Positions 8,255 to 18,499 of a DNA stretch of 64,000 nucleotides are shown in pieces. Position numbers and translations under genes: made by a program. Every line of letters starts with the position of its first letter. Within the stretch, counting starts at the first letter, position 1. The notes under the pieces were generated by a model. It had not been told where the DNA came from, did not search any database, and saw nothing but the letters and a program-made list of their open reading frames with translations. Origin of the DNA: an uncultured bacterium. GTDB taxonomy: Bacteria > Margulisbacteria > Termititenacia > CAZZFK01. The stretch covers positions 82,246-146,245 of the forward strand of contig CAZZFK010000002.1 of the NCBI GenBank assembly GCA_964653455.1. Reading direction: 5' to 3'.

Positions 8255-10206
8255 TTCTTTACTCTTTTCTTTGTTCGACCCGACTTACCGCTAATATGCT
8301 TTGGCTTTAGCTTTGTTTCACGTGAAACATTTTTACCAACACTTCGCCCTATAGCTTCGAGGTATATTAAAAGCACGGTAATATCAGCGGGATTAATGCC
8401 TGCTATTCTGCTCGCCTGCCCAATAGATAACGGCTGTATCTTACATAGCTTTTCTTGAGCTTCCCTGCGAAGACCCTTGATCTTCTTGTAATCAAGCCCC
8501 CGCAGCAATTGCTTGTCTTCCAAACGCTTGAACTCCGCTATCTGCTCCTCCTGACGCTGGATATACCCTTCATATTTCAGTTCGATCTCTACTTGCTCTA
8601 TGACCTCGGCAGGCAAAGCCTTTCTCTGTTTATCGAATACAGCAAGCTTTTCGTGATCAAGGTCTTTTCTGCATATAAGCTCCGCAAGGGTCATCTTCTT
8701 TTTTAGTCCTTCCCCTAGAGCGGCCATAAGCTCTTTATTGCCAATATCCGGAACAACATATGTGCTCTTAAGCCGATGTATCTCCGCTTTTATCTTTTTC
8801 ACTTTATCCTGATATACGTCATAGCGCGCTTTATTAATAAGGCCAATAGCATACCCCAGAGGCGTCAGGCGCTGATCAGCGTTATCTTGCCTGAGAATAA
8901 GCCTGTATTCCGACCTTGATGTCATCATACGGTACGGCTCTTCTATCTCTTTAGTGACCAGGTCATCAATGAGCGTGCCGATATAAGAACTCTCCCGCCC
9001 CAGTACGACCTGCTCCCGTCCTTTTACCTTACAGGCGGCATTGATACCGGCAATAAGACCTTGAGCTGCGGCTTCCTCATAACCGGACGTCCCATTGATC
9101 TGCCCGGCAAGGAACAGTCCTTTGACTTTCTTGGTCTCGAGGGTCCGCTGTATCTGGCTCGGGAAAACAAAGTCATATTCAACGGCATATCCCGGGCGCA
9201 TGATCTCGACCTTTTCGAGGCCGGGCATTGTCCTTAAGAATTTAAGCTGTACATCTTCAGGTAAGCTCGTGGACATACCTTGCGTATACATTTCATTCGT
9301 ATGCCGCCCTTCAGGCTCAATGAAAGAATGGTGCCTGTCCTTATCCGGAAATCTGACCACTTTATCTTCAATGGAGGGGCAATACCTGGGGCCTACCCCT
9401 TGGATCTTTCCTTGGAATAAAGGTGATCGGTCCAGGTTAGCCTTTATAATGGCATGGCTTTTCTTGGTGGTATAGGTCATATAGCAAGACATCTGCTCCG
9501 GATCATATGCCTCCGGATAGAAAGAGAACCTGTATTTCTCTTTTGCCCCGGGTTCTTCGGTCATTTTTGCAAAGTCTATGGTCCTTCTGTCAAGACGAGG
9601 CGTTGTCCCCGTTTTAAGCCTGCCAAGCTTTAGGCCGGCTTTTGCAAGACTTTTTGACAACTCAACCGAAGGGAATTCCCCCATACGTCCGGAAGGCATA
9701 TGCTCCATACCGACATGGATCACCCCGTTAAGGAACGTACCTGTCGTGATAACCACCGTTCTGGCCAGGTATGTAACACCGAGCCTGGTATCCACTCCGA
9801 CGACCGCACCTTTATTGAGCCGAAGGTCCGTAACAATGGCCTGCTTAATATCAAGGCCGGACTGCCCTTCAAGAACAGACTTCATGTACGTATGATATGC
9901 TGCTTTATCGGACTGTGCCCGCAAAGAATGTACCGCCGGACCTTTCGAGAGATTGAGCATCTTCATTTGCAGGAACGTCGCGTCCGCTGCTTTTCCCATC
10001 TCTCCGCCGAGCGCGTCGATCTCGCGGACCAGCTGACTTTTCGCCGGACCACCGATGGCCGGGTTACATGACATCAGAGCAAGGGTATCGAGGTTCATTG
10101 AAATGAGCAGTGTCGCACACCCAAGTCTGGCGGAAGCAAGCGCTGCCTCACAGCCGGCATGGCCGCCTCCCACAACGATCACATCATATTTTTTTTTGTA
10201 TATCAT
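8251..10206 (-). CDS. mnmG: tRNA uridine-5-carboxymethylaminomethyl modification enzyme MnmG/GidA
   Basis: [24 protein letters not shown] is the FAD-binding N-terminus. The length and the GidA motifs are conserved. Confidence 0.9.
   Translation of the reverse strand: MIYKKKYDVIVVGGGHAGCEAALASARLGCATLLISMNLDTLALMSCNPAIGGPAKSQLVREIDALGGEMGKAADATFLQMKMLNLSKGPAVHSLRAQSDKAAYHTYMKSVLEGQSGLDIKQAIVTDLRLNKGAVVGVDTRLGVTYLARTVVITTGTFLNGVIHVGMEHMPSGRMGEFPSVELSKSLAKAGLKLGRLKTGTTPRLDRRTIDFAKMTEEPGAKEKYRFSFYPEAYDPEQMSCYMTYTTKKSHAIIKANLDRSPLFQGKIQGVGPRYCPSIEDKVVRFPDKDRHHSFIEPEGRHTNEMYTQGMSTSLPEDVQLKFLRTMPGLEKVEIMRPGYAVEYDFVFPSQIQRTLETKKVKGLFLAGQINGTSGYEEAAAQGLIAGINAACKVKGREQVVLGRESSYIGTLIDDLVTKEIEEPYRMMTSRSEYRLILRQDNADQRLTPLGYAIGLINKARYDVYQDKVKKIKAEIHRLKSTYVVPDIGNKELMAALGEGLKKKMTLAELICRKDLDHEKLAVFDKQRKALPAEVIEQVEIELKYEGYIQRQEEQIAEFKRLEDKQLLRGLDYKKIKGLRREAQEKLCKIQPLSIGQASRIAGINPADITVLLIYLEAIGRSVGKNVSRETKLKPKHISGKSGRTKKRVKK
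8314..8329. promoter_or_regulatory. parS: Second parS site (TGTTTCACGTGAAACA), inside the 3' end of mnmG
   Basis: Identical 16-bp palindrome. Confidence 0.75.
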
Positions 10207-10289
10207 CCGTGCATCTCCGCAGACGGAGTACGATAACAGCAGAAAATTTATTTGTAAATTACGATCATGTCAGGGACGCGTATCCAAAT

Positions 10290-10319
10290 AAAAAGCGAGG
10301 ATGTTCTCCTCGCTTTTTT
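10290..10319. terminator. Rho-independent terminator (bidirectional) downstream of the ssb-like gene
   Basis: AAAAAGCGAGGA, then a TGTTC loop, then TCCTCGC followed by a T-tract. Confidence 0.65.
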
Positions 10320-10360
10320 GTTCTTCTCCGCTAGCAAGAGAAGATATGTGGTCGAATGTG

Positions 10361-10723
10361 CTATGCCGCGACCGCAACGGCTTCTTCTTTCTTCTGTCCG
10401 CTCTTGTGCCGCAGGAACGTGAAATTCTCGGCGACTATCTCCGTGATCCATTTGGTCTCGCTGTTCTGCTCGTATGAGCGCGACTGTATACGGCCATCGA
10501 CCAATATGTCTTCGCCTTTTTTCACGTACTCGCCTATGACCTCGGCCAGTTTGCCCCAGGACACCACATGAAAGAAATCCGCAACGGATTTGCCGTTCTG
10601 GTCCTTGTACGGACGATTGACCGCAAGAGTGAAGGTCGAAAGTTTTCTGTCTTCACCAACGGTCTTAGTCTCGGGAGCCGCCGTCGGACGACCGACGAGC
10701 ATTACATGATTATAATCTGCCAT
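10361..10723 (-). CDS. SSB-like OB-fold protein (120 aa), third paralog, with no acidic C-terminal tail
   Basis: MADYNHVMLVGRPTAAPETK...FFHVVSWGKLAEVIGEYVKKGEDILVDGRIQSRSY has the SSB-fold signature. It ends ...EEAVAVAA. Confidence 0.7.
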   Translation of the reverse strand: MADYNHVMLVGRPTAAPETKTVGEDRKLSTFTLAVNRPYKDQNGKSVADFFHVVSWGKLAEVIGEYVKKGEDILVDGRIQSRSYEQNSETKWITEIVAENFTFLRHKSGQKKEEAVAVAA

Positions 10724-10893
10724 TGTACACCTCCTTTACGTTATATTTCTTCAGCTCAGTAATGCGGGGAATCACTAAGCATGAATTCATCACTATACGT
10801 ATAGTATACCCTATGATCATAGATTTGTCAACTTTGTTTCTTTTGATGTATTTTGTGTATGTTTTTTGACGTTCTTGTTTAAAAAAAATGGCC

Positions 10894-11415
10894 CTAACTG
10901 AGTTTAAAAGACCCTGCGATCTTCAATAACGTATCCTTGGCGCCCGACCAGGCCTGAGAGGAAGAAAGCATGGAAACGATATATACATATCCGTTCTTGA
11001 CATAGTACTTTTCCGTGACCAGTATCTTTATTGCACCGCTGGTCCTGCTGAACACGTTCTTCGAATACATCACCAGGAACCCGTCGGATGCGTTCGCGTT
11101 ACTTATCTCCCAGCCCTCCATCTGGCGTCCGCCGATGTACATCCAGCTGTCATACCCTTCCACTCGGGCGGTCGCGACCTGTTTGGCCGTAGAAGCCCTG
11201 ACCGTGGCCATCGGGATCACATCCAGGGAGACCTCACTGATACCATCGCCGGCCTTGAACACAACGAGCTTTTTTTGCTGTACCGTATCAGGGGCCCATC
11301 CGTTGCCGCTGATCGAGCACCCGTACCGGTCGTTGGTGTAAAAATCGCCGATAAGGCCTGCCTGTACGCAGGTCATCATCAATGACATAACGACAATGCT
11401 CACGATCTTTTTCAT
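10894..11415 (-). CDS. Secreted hypothetical protein with a signal peptide
   Basis: The internal start gives MKKIVSIVVMSLMMTCVQAG, which looks like a signal peptide. There are no recognisable domains. Confidence 0.45.
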   Translation of the reverse strand: MKKIVSIVVMSLMMTCVQAGLIGDFYTNDRYGCSISGNGWAPDTVQQKKLVVFKAGDGISEVSLDVIPMATVRASTAKQVATARVEGYDSWMYIGGRQMEGWEISNANASDGFLVMYSKNVFSRTSGAIKILVTEKYYVKNGYVYIVSMLSSSQAWSGAKDTLLKIAGSFKLS

Positions 11416-11468
11416 GAAAGTATTATACCGACACATGCACCGTATGCGCAATGACCGGGACGCCGCGT

Positions 11469-11843
11469 TCATCGGACACTCCTGGTCACAACAATATCAA
11501 CGCCAAGGCCGAGCACATCAGGGATAACGATATCGCCAACGTTCATCGGCCGGCGGACCCGCGCTGACAGGACCTCCCCCATCACGCTCATGAGCTTCTC
11601 TTTAGGGACAGGGCCGCTCGTCTTTATCGGGGCCATCTTCATTTCAAGACCATCTGTCAGGACCGAGGACGTAAGGATGCGCATCGGATGTTCAACTTCC
11701 AGCCGTGCGTATTCCTCCCCTTTTGAGCAGCGATTCCCCGTGACCCCGACAACGCGCCCACTGTCTATATCGACCAGCAGCTGACAGCCGCGCGGACATT
11801 TTGTACAGGTCATCTTCTTTATCATGGGTGCGCCTTTATCCAC
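11469..11843 (-). CDS. DUF1667-like small Cys-motif protein (GlpC-like partner of anaerobic G3P dehydrogenase clusters)
   Basis: A CxxC...C motif near the N-terminus, together with its position downstream of two FAD oxidoreductases. Confidence 0.55.
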   Translation of the reverse strand: MDKGAPMIKKMTCTKCPRGCQLLVDIDSGRVVGVTGNRCSKGEEYARLEVEHPMRILTSSVLTDGLEMKMAPIKTSGPVPKEKLMSVMGEVLSARVRRPMNVGDIVIPDVLGLGVDIVVTRSVR

Positions 11844-12796
11844 TCCGCCGCCATAACGCCGGCCAAAGTACTGTCTTTCGTGACCGAATCGACCAGATCA
11901 TACACCTTGTAGCAATTCCCGCAGGCAAATATGCCCTGTATCGACGTTGCATTCGTGGTCGTGCTGACGGGGGAGTTCGTTCGGGTATCTATCGCGGCCC
12001 CCGTCATTTCCAGCAGTTCATTTTCAGGTATCAACCCTACGGACACAAGTACGGTGTCACAAGGGACCTCAAATTCCGTCCCGGGGATAGTGTTCATATG
12101 CTCGTCCACTTTTGAGGCCGTGACCTTCTCGACCCGGGCCTTCCCGTGTATCGCGATCACCGTATGGTTCAGATACAGCGGTATATCAAAATCCTCGAGA
12201 CACTGCACAACGTTCCGCACAAGTCCGCGGCATTGGGGCTGTATCTCGAGCACAGCTTTGACCAAGGCCCCCTCAAGCGTGAAACGACGGGCCATAATGA
12301 GCCCGATATCACCCGACCCGATAATGACCACTTCCCGGCCCGGTAAACACCCTTCAATATTTATGAGTTTCTGCGCCAGCCCCGCAGGGAATATGCCCGC
12401 TGGACGATCACCGGGGACATGGATCATCTCCCTTGTTCGCTCCCGGCAACCGGTGGCTAATACGATCGCCTTTGCGCGCACGCGCTCCGTCTTCCCAGGC
12501 TTTAAATAGGTTAACACCTTATCATTTGTCATATTAACGACAAATGAACGCGTACTTACTTCTATACGCTCTTTCTCCAACATAGCAATAAAACGTTCGG
12601 CATATTCCGGCCCTGTTAACTCTTCCTTAAAATATTGCAGCCCAAAGCCGGGATGTATGCACTGATTGAGGATACCGCCAAGATACTGATCTCTCTCCAG
12701 GAGCAATATATCTTTAATTCCCTGTTGTGAAGCGGATATCGCGGCAGCAAGCCCTGCCGGACCTCCGCCGACTATGACCAGGTCCCGTTCGATCAT
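11822..12796 (-). CDS. FAD-dependent pyridine nucleotide-disulfide oxidoreductase family protein
   Basis: MIERDLVIVGGGPAGLAAAI is a Rossmann dinucleotide-binding motif. A second GxGxxG lies mid-protein. Confidence 0.7.
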   Translation of the reverse strand: MIERDLVIVGGGPAGLAAAISASQQGIKDILLLERDQYLGGILNQCIHPGFGLQYFKEELTGPEYAERFIAMLEKERIEVSTRSFVVNMTNDKVLTYLKPGKTERVRAKAIVLATGCRERTREMIHVPGDRPAGIFPAGLAQKLINIEGCLPGREVVIIGSGDIGLIMARRFTLEGALVKAVLEIQPQCRGLVRNVVQCLEDFDIPLYLNHTVIAIHGKARVEKVTASKVDEHMNTIPGTEFEVPCDTVLVSVGLIPENELLEMTGAAIDTRTNSPVSTTTNATSIQGIFACGNCYKVYDLVDSVTKDSTLAGVMAAEWIKAHP

Positions 12797-14247
12797 ATGC
12801 CGCCTCTTTCTTCCATGACGATCTCTGAACCTTTCCCGCGTTTAGTTATTGAGGACATAGGCAAGCCAAGCTCTTCTCTCATGATCTTCATGATCCGTGT
12901 CGTACAAAACCCTCCGTGACAGCGCCCGGCCTGTGCACGTGTCCTGAACTTGATACCGTCAAGCGTACGTGCACCGCGCTTTATAGCATCTCTGACTTCC
13001 CGGGCGGACACCATTTCACAACGACACACGATATCGCCATATGCTTTATCTTTCCGCATCAAGCGCTTTGTCAGTGCTAACGGTACCGCAAAAAGATGCG
13101 TTGTGGGATTCCTCTTGCGTTTAAAGAACAGTTTTCTGCGGAGCGAGACCCCTGATCCTCTGACAAGGCCCGCCACCATACAGGCGATGGCCGGCGCCGC
13201 CGTCAGTCCGGGGGATTGAATGCCTGCGACCGTCACCATGCCGGGGACAGAAGGTTCATGACGTATGATAAAGTCCTCTCCGGCGACCGGGCGCAGTCCG
13301 GCAAAATACGCGATGATATCTCTCTCCGCAACGGTCGGGAGCATGCGCTTGACGCTGGTCAGTACCTTTTGCAGCCCGGCCTCCGTTGTCGCAAGGTCTT
13401 GTTTATCTTCGATATCCTCCGCGGTAGGCCCTATCATCGGATTGCCATCCGAGGTCTTGATGACCAGTACTCCTTTGGATGCCTTGGTCGGCAGCGGGAA
13501 CAGGATGTGGTTCACGATATGCTCGCGCTTTTTATCCAGCAGATATTCCTCCCCTTTTCGAGGCTTGATGACAATATCATTGATACCGACCATACGAGCT
13601 ATGTCATCGGCGAACAGGCCGGCCGCATTGATGACCGTTACCGCACTGACGCTCAGCCCCTGTTCTGTCCGGACAATGAAGCGGGGCATAGCACCGTGTG
13701 CCCCCGTGCGTTCTATCTCTATGACCTTCTGCTCCGTTAATATCTCGACACCGTTATCTTGGGCATTCTCGGCCAGGTCATAGGTCAACCGATACGGGCT
13801 TATGATACCGGCCGTGGGCGCATAGAGCGCCGCAACGACATCGGGGCCGATGTTCGGTTCATGTTCAAGGAGCCATCCGCGGTCGACGATCTTGAGCCCG
13901 GGCACGCCCAGCTGCTCGCCTTCGCTTTGCAGCCGCCGCAGGGCCTCGCGGTCCTTTTCATCGAAGATCACAATGAGCTCCCCCACCTCCAGAAAATGCA
14001 CCCCCAGCTCTTTTGCGATGCGGCGCATGAGCCGGTTCCCCTGAACACAGAGAGCCCCCTTCAGGGACCCGGGGCGGTTCTGTGTCCCCGGATGAACGAT
14101 GCCGCTGTTGGATTTGGACACTCCGAACGCCAGTTCCGCTTCTTTTTCAAGCAGTACCGTCGAAAGACGATACCGTGAGAGCTCTCTGGCTATCGCGGCA
14201 CCGGTAACACCGCCGCCGATGATAAGAACATCACATTTTTTATCCAT
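12793..14247 (-). CDS. FAD-dependent glycerol-3-phosphate dehydrogenase-like oxidoreductase with a C-terminal BFD-like [2Fe-2S] domain
   Basis: MDKKCDVLIIGGGVTGAAIA is the DAO-family N-terminus. The C-terminal CRCEMVS...CHGGFC motif is BFD-like. Confidence 0.7.
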   Translation of the reverse strand: MDKKCDVLIIGGGVTGAAIARELSRYRLSTVLLEKEAELAFGVSKSNSGIVHPGTQNRPGSLKGALCVQGNRLMRRIAKELGVHFLEVGELIVIFDEKDREALRRLQSEGEQLGVPGLKIVDRGWLLEHEPNIGPDVVAALYAPTAGIISPYRLTYDLAENAQDNGVEILTEQKVIEIERTGAHGAMPRFIVRTEQGLSVSAVTVINAAGLFADDIARMVGINDIVIKPRKGEEYLLDKKREHIVNHILFPLPTKASKGVLVIKTSDGNPMIGPTAEDIEDKQDLATTEAGLQKVLTSVKRMLPTVAERDIIAYFAGLRPVAGEDFIIRHEPSVPGMVTVAGIQSPGLTAAPAIACMVAGLVRGSGVSLRRKLFFKRKRNPTTHLFAVPLALTKRLMRKDKAYGDIVCRCEMVSAREVRDAIKRGARTLDGIKFRTRAQAGRCHGGFCTTRIMKIMREELGLPMSSITKRGKGSEIVMEERGGI

Positions 14248-14298
14248 GGAAGTAATTATAGGGTGAACCGAAGGGCATTAAAAGGTCCCGGACCGGTC

Positions 14299-15486
14299 TT
14301 ATACGCACAGCACCTTGCCGACCTCTTCCGCCTTGTTGCGGGCCCAGGCATGGTAATACACGATATCTTTAATGTGCGCGTCCTTTACGGTCGTATGCTC
14401 GTCCATGACCTTTTCTATCAGAACAGGGATCTCGGTCAGCTTTATCTTTTTCTCAATGAAAAGTTCTACGGCCCGTTCATTAGCGGCGTTCAGAACAGTA
14501 GGCATCGTCCCGCCCTCGGCCCCCGCCTCATAGGCGAGCCGCAGCGCCGGGAATTTGTTCATGTCCGGCTCATAGAACTTCAGCTCGGATATCGCATGCA
14601 GGGCGAGTTTTGGCCAATGGGACGGGAGCCGCTCCGGGAACGAGAAGGCATACTGTATCGGGAGCCGCATGTCCGGCGTACCCAGCTGCGCAATGACGGA
14701 CCCGTCCACGAATTCCGCGAGCGAATGAACGATACTTTGAGGATGGATGATGACGCTGATCTTTTCGTACGGCACATTGAAGAGCCAATGGGCCTCTATG
14801 ACCTCAAGCCCTTTATTGAAGAGCGTCGAAGAATCGATGGTGATCTTCTTCCCCATGTTCCAGGTCGGATGACGTAAGGCATCATCAACGTTCTTATACT
14901 GGAGCTCCTCAAGAGGCGTATGCAGGAACGGACCTCCCGAAGCGGTCAGGATCAGGCGCTGCAATTCGCTGACATGATAATCCAGATACCCCTTCGTATG
15001 CACGGTCGGATGCAGGGCCTGCATGATGGCACTATGCTCGCTGTCGACAGGGAGGAACAGCACTCCGCGCTTATTGACCTCTTTCATGACCAGATGCCCC
15101 GCCGAGACCAGTATCTCCTTGCTGGCGAGCGCGATATGTTTCCCCTGTTTTATCGCTGCGATCGTAGGACCGAGCGTCGCAACGCCCGTAACAGCGACCA
15201 GGACCATGTCCGCGTCCGGGAACGTGGCAAGCGCTTCAAGGCCGGCATCCGAAGCAAGGATGTCTATTTTTTTTGAGCGATACAGCCCCCTGAGCTCCTT
15301 TGCTTTCTGCTCGTCCCCGACCGAGACGATCCTCGGATGAAAAGTATCTATCTGCTTTTTGAGGAGCTCGATATTGCTCCGCGCCGCAAGCCCCACGACC
15401 TTGAACCTGTCCGGATGTTGAGATATGACATCAAGTGCTTGCGTCCCGATCGACCCGGTGGACCCCAGAACAACTATCTTCTTCAT
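14299..15486 (-). CDS. dxr: 1-deoxy-D-xylulose 5-phosphate reductoisomerase
   Basis: MKKIVVLGSTGSIGTQALDVI plus conserved Dxr motifs. Confidence 0.9.
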   Translation of the reverse strand: MKKIVVLGSTGSIGTQALDVISQHPDRFKVVGLAARSNIELLKKQIDTFHPRIVSVGDEQKAKELRGLYRSKKIDILASDAGLEALATFPDADMVLVAVTGVATLGPTIAAIKQGKHIALASKEILVSAGHLVMKEVNKRGVLFLPVDSEHSAIMQALHPTVHTKGYLDYHVSELQRLILTASGGPFLHTPLEELQYKNVDDALRHPTWNMGKKITIDSSTLFNKGLEVIEAHWLFNVPYEKISVIIHPQSIVHSLAEFVDGSVIAQLGTPDMRLPIQYAFSFPERLPSHWPKLALHAISELKFYEPDMNKFPALRLAYEAGAEGGTMPTVLNAANERAVELFIEKKIKLTEIPVLIEKVMDEHTTVKDAHIKDIVYYHAWARNKAEEVGKVLCV

Positions 15487-15499
15487 AACAGTTCCTTTT

Positions 15500-16324
15500 T
15501 CAAAGGATATGGATCAGGATGAAATAATACACCGGGACCGATAATATGAAACTGTCCGCGCGGTCAAGGAACCCGCCGTGCCCCGGGAGCAGATTACTTG
15601 AATCCTTTATGTTCGAAGTGCGCTTGAACAGGGATTCCAGAAGGTCACCCCCCTGGGCCAGAACGCTGACCACAGCTCCCAATATCACCGCCTGCTCCCT
15701 CGTGAACCCCAGACAATGGCCGAACAAGAACGCGAACAGTATCGTACCAAAGAAGCCCCCCCAGGCACCCTCAACGGATTTCTTGGGGCTCAACTTGATG
15801 TTCAGCCGGTGTTTCCCGAACTTAAGACCTATGAAATAAGCGAAAATATCGTTGCACCAGACGGCAAGGACGATGAACACCGTATAGCCGAGCCCATGTA
15901 CCGGCAGACTGCGGACCAATACCCAGAACGACAGGAAAAAGCCTATATAGACTATCGCACGGATATTATCGAACAGTGCAACACCCTTGAAATAGACCTT
16001 TTCGAAGATGAGCTGCGAAAGAAAATAAAGGATCATGAGCACGGAGAATATCTTGACAGGCAACAAGTGCCAGACACCTTTTGTTTCTGCCATGAACGCG
16101 CTCACGATCAAGGCGAGCGATATCGTATGTACAAAAAAATCATACCGATGCGCTTCTTTATCTTTACCGCGCATCATTTCAAGGAATTCATTAAGACAAA
16201 GGATAGCGACCAGAACGACCATGATCAGGAACGGGACATCGCCGATATAGGCGGCAGCAAAAACGATGGGGCCGGCGATGAGCGCGGTCAATAATCGGGC
16301 CTGTAATTTAGTATCAGACCACAT
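15500..16324 (-). CDS. cdsA: Phosphatidate cytidylyltransferase
   Basis: Polytopic membrane protein. The start was chosen at the ATG at 16324, which overlaps the uppS stop (TGATG). The longer track ORF has an implausible N-terminus. Confidence 0.8.
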   Translation of the reverse strand: MWSDTKLQARLLTALIAGPIVFAAAYIGDVPFLIMVVLVAILCLNEFLEMMRGKDKEAHRYDFFVHTISLALIVSAFMAETKGVWHLLPVKIFSVLMILYFLSQLIFEKVYFKGVALFDNIRAIVYIGFFLSFWVLVRSLPVHGLGYTVFIVLAVWCNDIFAYFIGLKFGKHRLNIKLSPKKSVEGAWGGFFGTILFAFLFGHCLGFTREQAVILGAVVSVLAQGGDLLESLFKRTSNIKDSSNLLPGHGGFLDRADSFILSVPVYYFILIHIL

Positions 16325-17073
16325 CAAGCTATGTCTCCTTTGCGTCTGTTCCGTTTTTGATATTCTATCACAGCCTCCACAAAATGGTTCCGGCGGAAAT
16401 CCGGCCACAGGACATCCGTAAAATAGAATTCAGAGTACGCCGCCTGCCAGAGCAGAAAGTTGCTGAGCCGCAGCTCTCCGCTCGTTCTGATGAGCAGGTC
16501 CGGGTCCGGGATGCCGGCAGTATATAAGCGCGCCTCTATGTCCTTTTCCGTAATATCCTTTTCACTGAGCTTCCCGGCCCTGGCATCAGCGACAATGGCC
16601 CTGACCGCGTCCGTCAGTTCCGCCTGTCCACCATAATTGAGCATGATATTGAGCGTGAGCCGCGAACAGTTCTTGGTAGCCTCTTCAGCGCTCCTGATGC
16701 CGGCACGTATATCCTCCGGCAGTTCGCTGATACGTCCGAGCATCCTGATGCGCACATCATTGGCGACCATGTCTTTCATCCATTTTTGCACGGCCATTTT
16801 AAGGAGCTCCATCAGGGCTTTCACTTCTTTTTCCGGCCGTTTCCAGTTCTCCGTTGAGAAGGCGTAGACGCTCAGATGCTTGACCCCCAGCTCCGCGGCG
16901 GTCCTGACCGCGACCCGCAAAGCTTCCTCACCTGCAGCATGACCCGCCTCGCGAGGCAGCCCCCGGCGCTTTGCCCAGCGGCCGTTGCCGTCCATAATTA
17001 TGGCCACATGCTGAGGGATATTAAGCGGGTCCAGCTTTTGGGGATCTTTTTTGCGGTTGAACAGCTCGAACAC
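16324..17073 (-). CDS. uppS: Undecaprenyl diphosphate synthase
   Basis: ...PQHVAIIMDGNGRWAKRRGLPR... is the UppS signature. Confidence 0.9.
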   Translation of the reverse strand: MFELFNRKKDPQKLDPLNIPQHVAIIMDGNGRWAKRRGLPREAGHAAGEEALRVAVRTAAELGVKHLSVYAFSTENWKRPEKEVKALMELLKMAVQKWMKDMVANDVRIRMLGRISELPEDIRAGIRSAEEATKNCSRLTLNIMLNYGGQAELTDAVRAIVADARAGKLSEKDITEKDIEARLYTAGIPDPDLLIRTSGELRLSNFLLWQAAYSEFYFTDVLWPDFRRNHFVEAVIEYQKRNRRKGDIA

Positions 17074-17121
17074 GGGACACCCTCTATGCGTATTGAAGAA
17101 GGACAGAGAACACTGATCGCA

Positions 17122-17667
17122 CTAGATCTCCTTGATCTCCTTCAGCTTGTTCTCAAGCAGTTCCTCGATCTTCGCGGAATATTTGTCCGTTACCTTCTGG
17201 ACTTCGGTCTGGATGCGCTTATGATCGTCCTCCGAGAACTCCTTGTCCTTTTTCGCTTCATCAAGGACCTCGCGGCGTATATTGCGCAACGAGATACGGC
17301 CCTCTTCAGCTTCCTGCCGAACGATACGGTCAAGCTCTTTGCGGCGTTCCTCATTGAGCCGCGGGAGCGGGATACGGATGACCCTGCCATCGTTCTGCGG
17401 GGTCAGCCCGAGGTTCGAGTTCATTATCGCTTTTTCAATGGCACCGATCGTTGTTATATCGAACGGGCTTATCATGAGCATCTGCGCATCAGGTACCGTG
17501 AGCATTCCCAGCTGATTGAGGGGCATGGTCGCTCCGTATGCCTCGACCATGACGTTCTCCAAGAGCCCTGTGTTCGCGCGCCCCGTACGGATACCGGCGA
17601 ACTTCTGTTTTGTACTGGCGATCGACTTTTCCATCCTGTCCGAAGCTTTTGCTACCAATTTTTCCAT
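17122..17667 (-). CDS. frr: Ribosome recycling factor
   Basis: Typical RRF length and sequence. Confidence 0.9.
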   Translation of the reverse strand: MEKLVAKASDRMEKSIASTKQKFAGIRTGRANTGLLENVMVEAYGATMPLNQLGMLTVPDAQMLMISPFDITTIGAIEKAIMNSNLGLTPQNDGRVIRIPLPRLNEERRKELDRIVRQEAEEGRISLRNIRREVLDEAKKDKEFSEDDHKRIQTEVQKVTDKYSAKIEELLENKLKEIKEI

Positions 17668-17670
17668 GGC

Positions 17671-18399
17671 TTACCCTCCTACGACCGTGCCTACTTTTTG
17701 CCCGAGGACCGACCGTTTCATGTTCCCTGGTTCTTGCATGTTGAAGATCATGATCGGTATCTTATTGTCCATACAAAGGCTCACTGCGGTCATGTCCATC
17801 ACCTTTAATTGTTTGTTAATGACCTCCATGAACGATATCGCTTCGAACTTCACGGCGGTCTTGTCCTTGGTCGGGTCTTTATCGTAGCATCCGTCCACTT
17901 TCGTGGCCTTCATGACCACGTCGGCATCTATCTCCGCGGCCCTGAGCGCGGCGGTCGTATCCGTCGTGAAATACGGGTTGCCCGTCCCTCCCGCGAAGAT
18001 AACGACACGCTTCTTTTCAAGATGCCGTATCGCCCGCCGCCTGATGAAGGGTTCTGCGATCTTCTGCATCTCGATTGCGGATTGGACCCGTGTCGGGGTC
18101 CCGATCTTTTCAAGAGCATCCTGAAAAGCGATAGCGTTCATGACCGTCGCGAGCATACCGATGGAATCTGCCGCGGTCCGGTCCATGCCGTTCGCTGCCG
18201 CTGACATTCCGCGAAAAATATTGCCCCCGCCGATGACCAGGGCCACTTCAACGCCCAGGTCCGCTATCTCTTTGACCTCTTTTGCTATTTTGAGCGTGGT
18301 CTCGGGATCGATGCCGTATTGCCGGGACCCGGCCAGGACTTCTCCGCTTAATTTCAATAATATCCTTTTATATTTTAAGGAGGTCATAATGCCCTGCAT
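17671..18399 (-). CDS. pyrH: UMP kinase
   Basis: ...[16 protein letters not shown]... The start is uncertain; the track ORF begins at 18447. Confidence 0.85.
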   Translation of the reverse strand: MQGIMTSLKYKRILLKLSGEVLAGSRQYGIDPETTLKIAKEVKEIADLGVEVALVIGGGNIFRGMSAAANGMDRTAADSIGMLATVMNAIAFQDALEKIGTPTRVQSAIEMQKIAEPFIRRRAIRHLEKKRVVIFAGGTGNPYFTTDTTAALRAAEIDADVVMKATKVDGCYDKDPTKDKTAVKFEAISFMEVINKQLKVMDMTAVSLCMDNKIPIMIFNMQEPGNMKRSVLGQKVGTVVGG

Positions 18400-18499
18400 T
18401 GTACAATAATTTGAATTATGAGTATATCTTCTTATCAGGGACATCACTGATCCGATAGCTATATATGCACTTTCAGTAGTATCATATCGATGAACAGGT

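Noticed and set aside
12950-14178. Several plus-strand ORFs of 130-190 aa inside the GlpA-like gene (also 13216-13740, 13265-13783, 13759-14178)
   Set aside because: They overlap each other and are antisense to a well-supported FAD oxidoreductase. This is typical of high-GC antisense open frames. The same applies to 14263-14877 and the other antisense ORFs inside dxr, to 16876-17808 antisense to uppS and frr, to 36923-37669 antisense to gcvPB, and to 45659-47263 antisense to relA.
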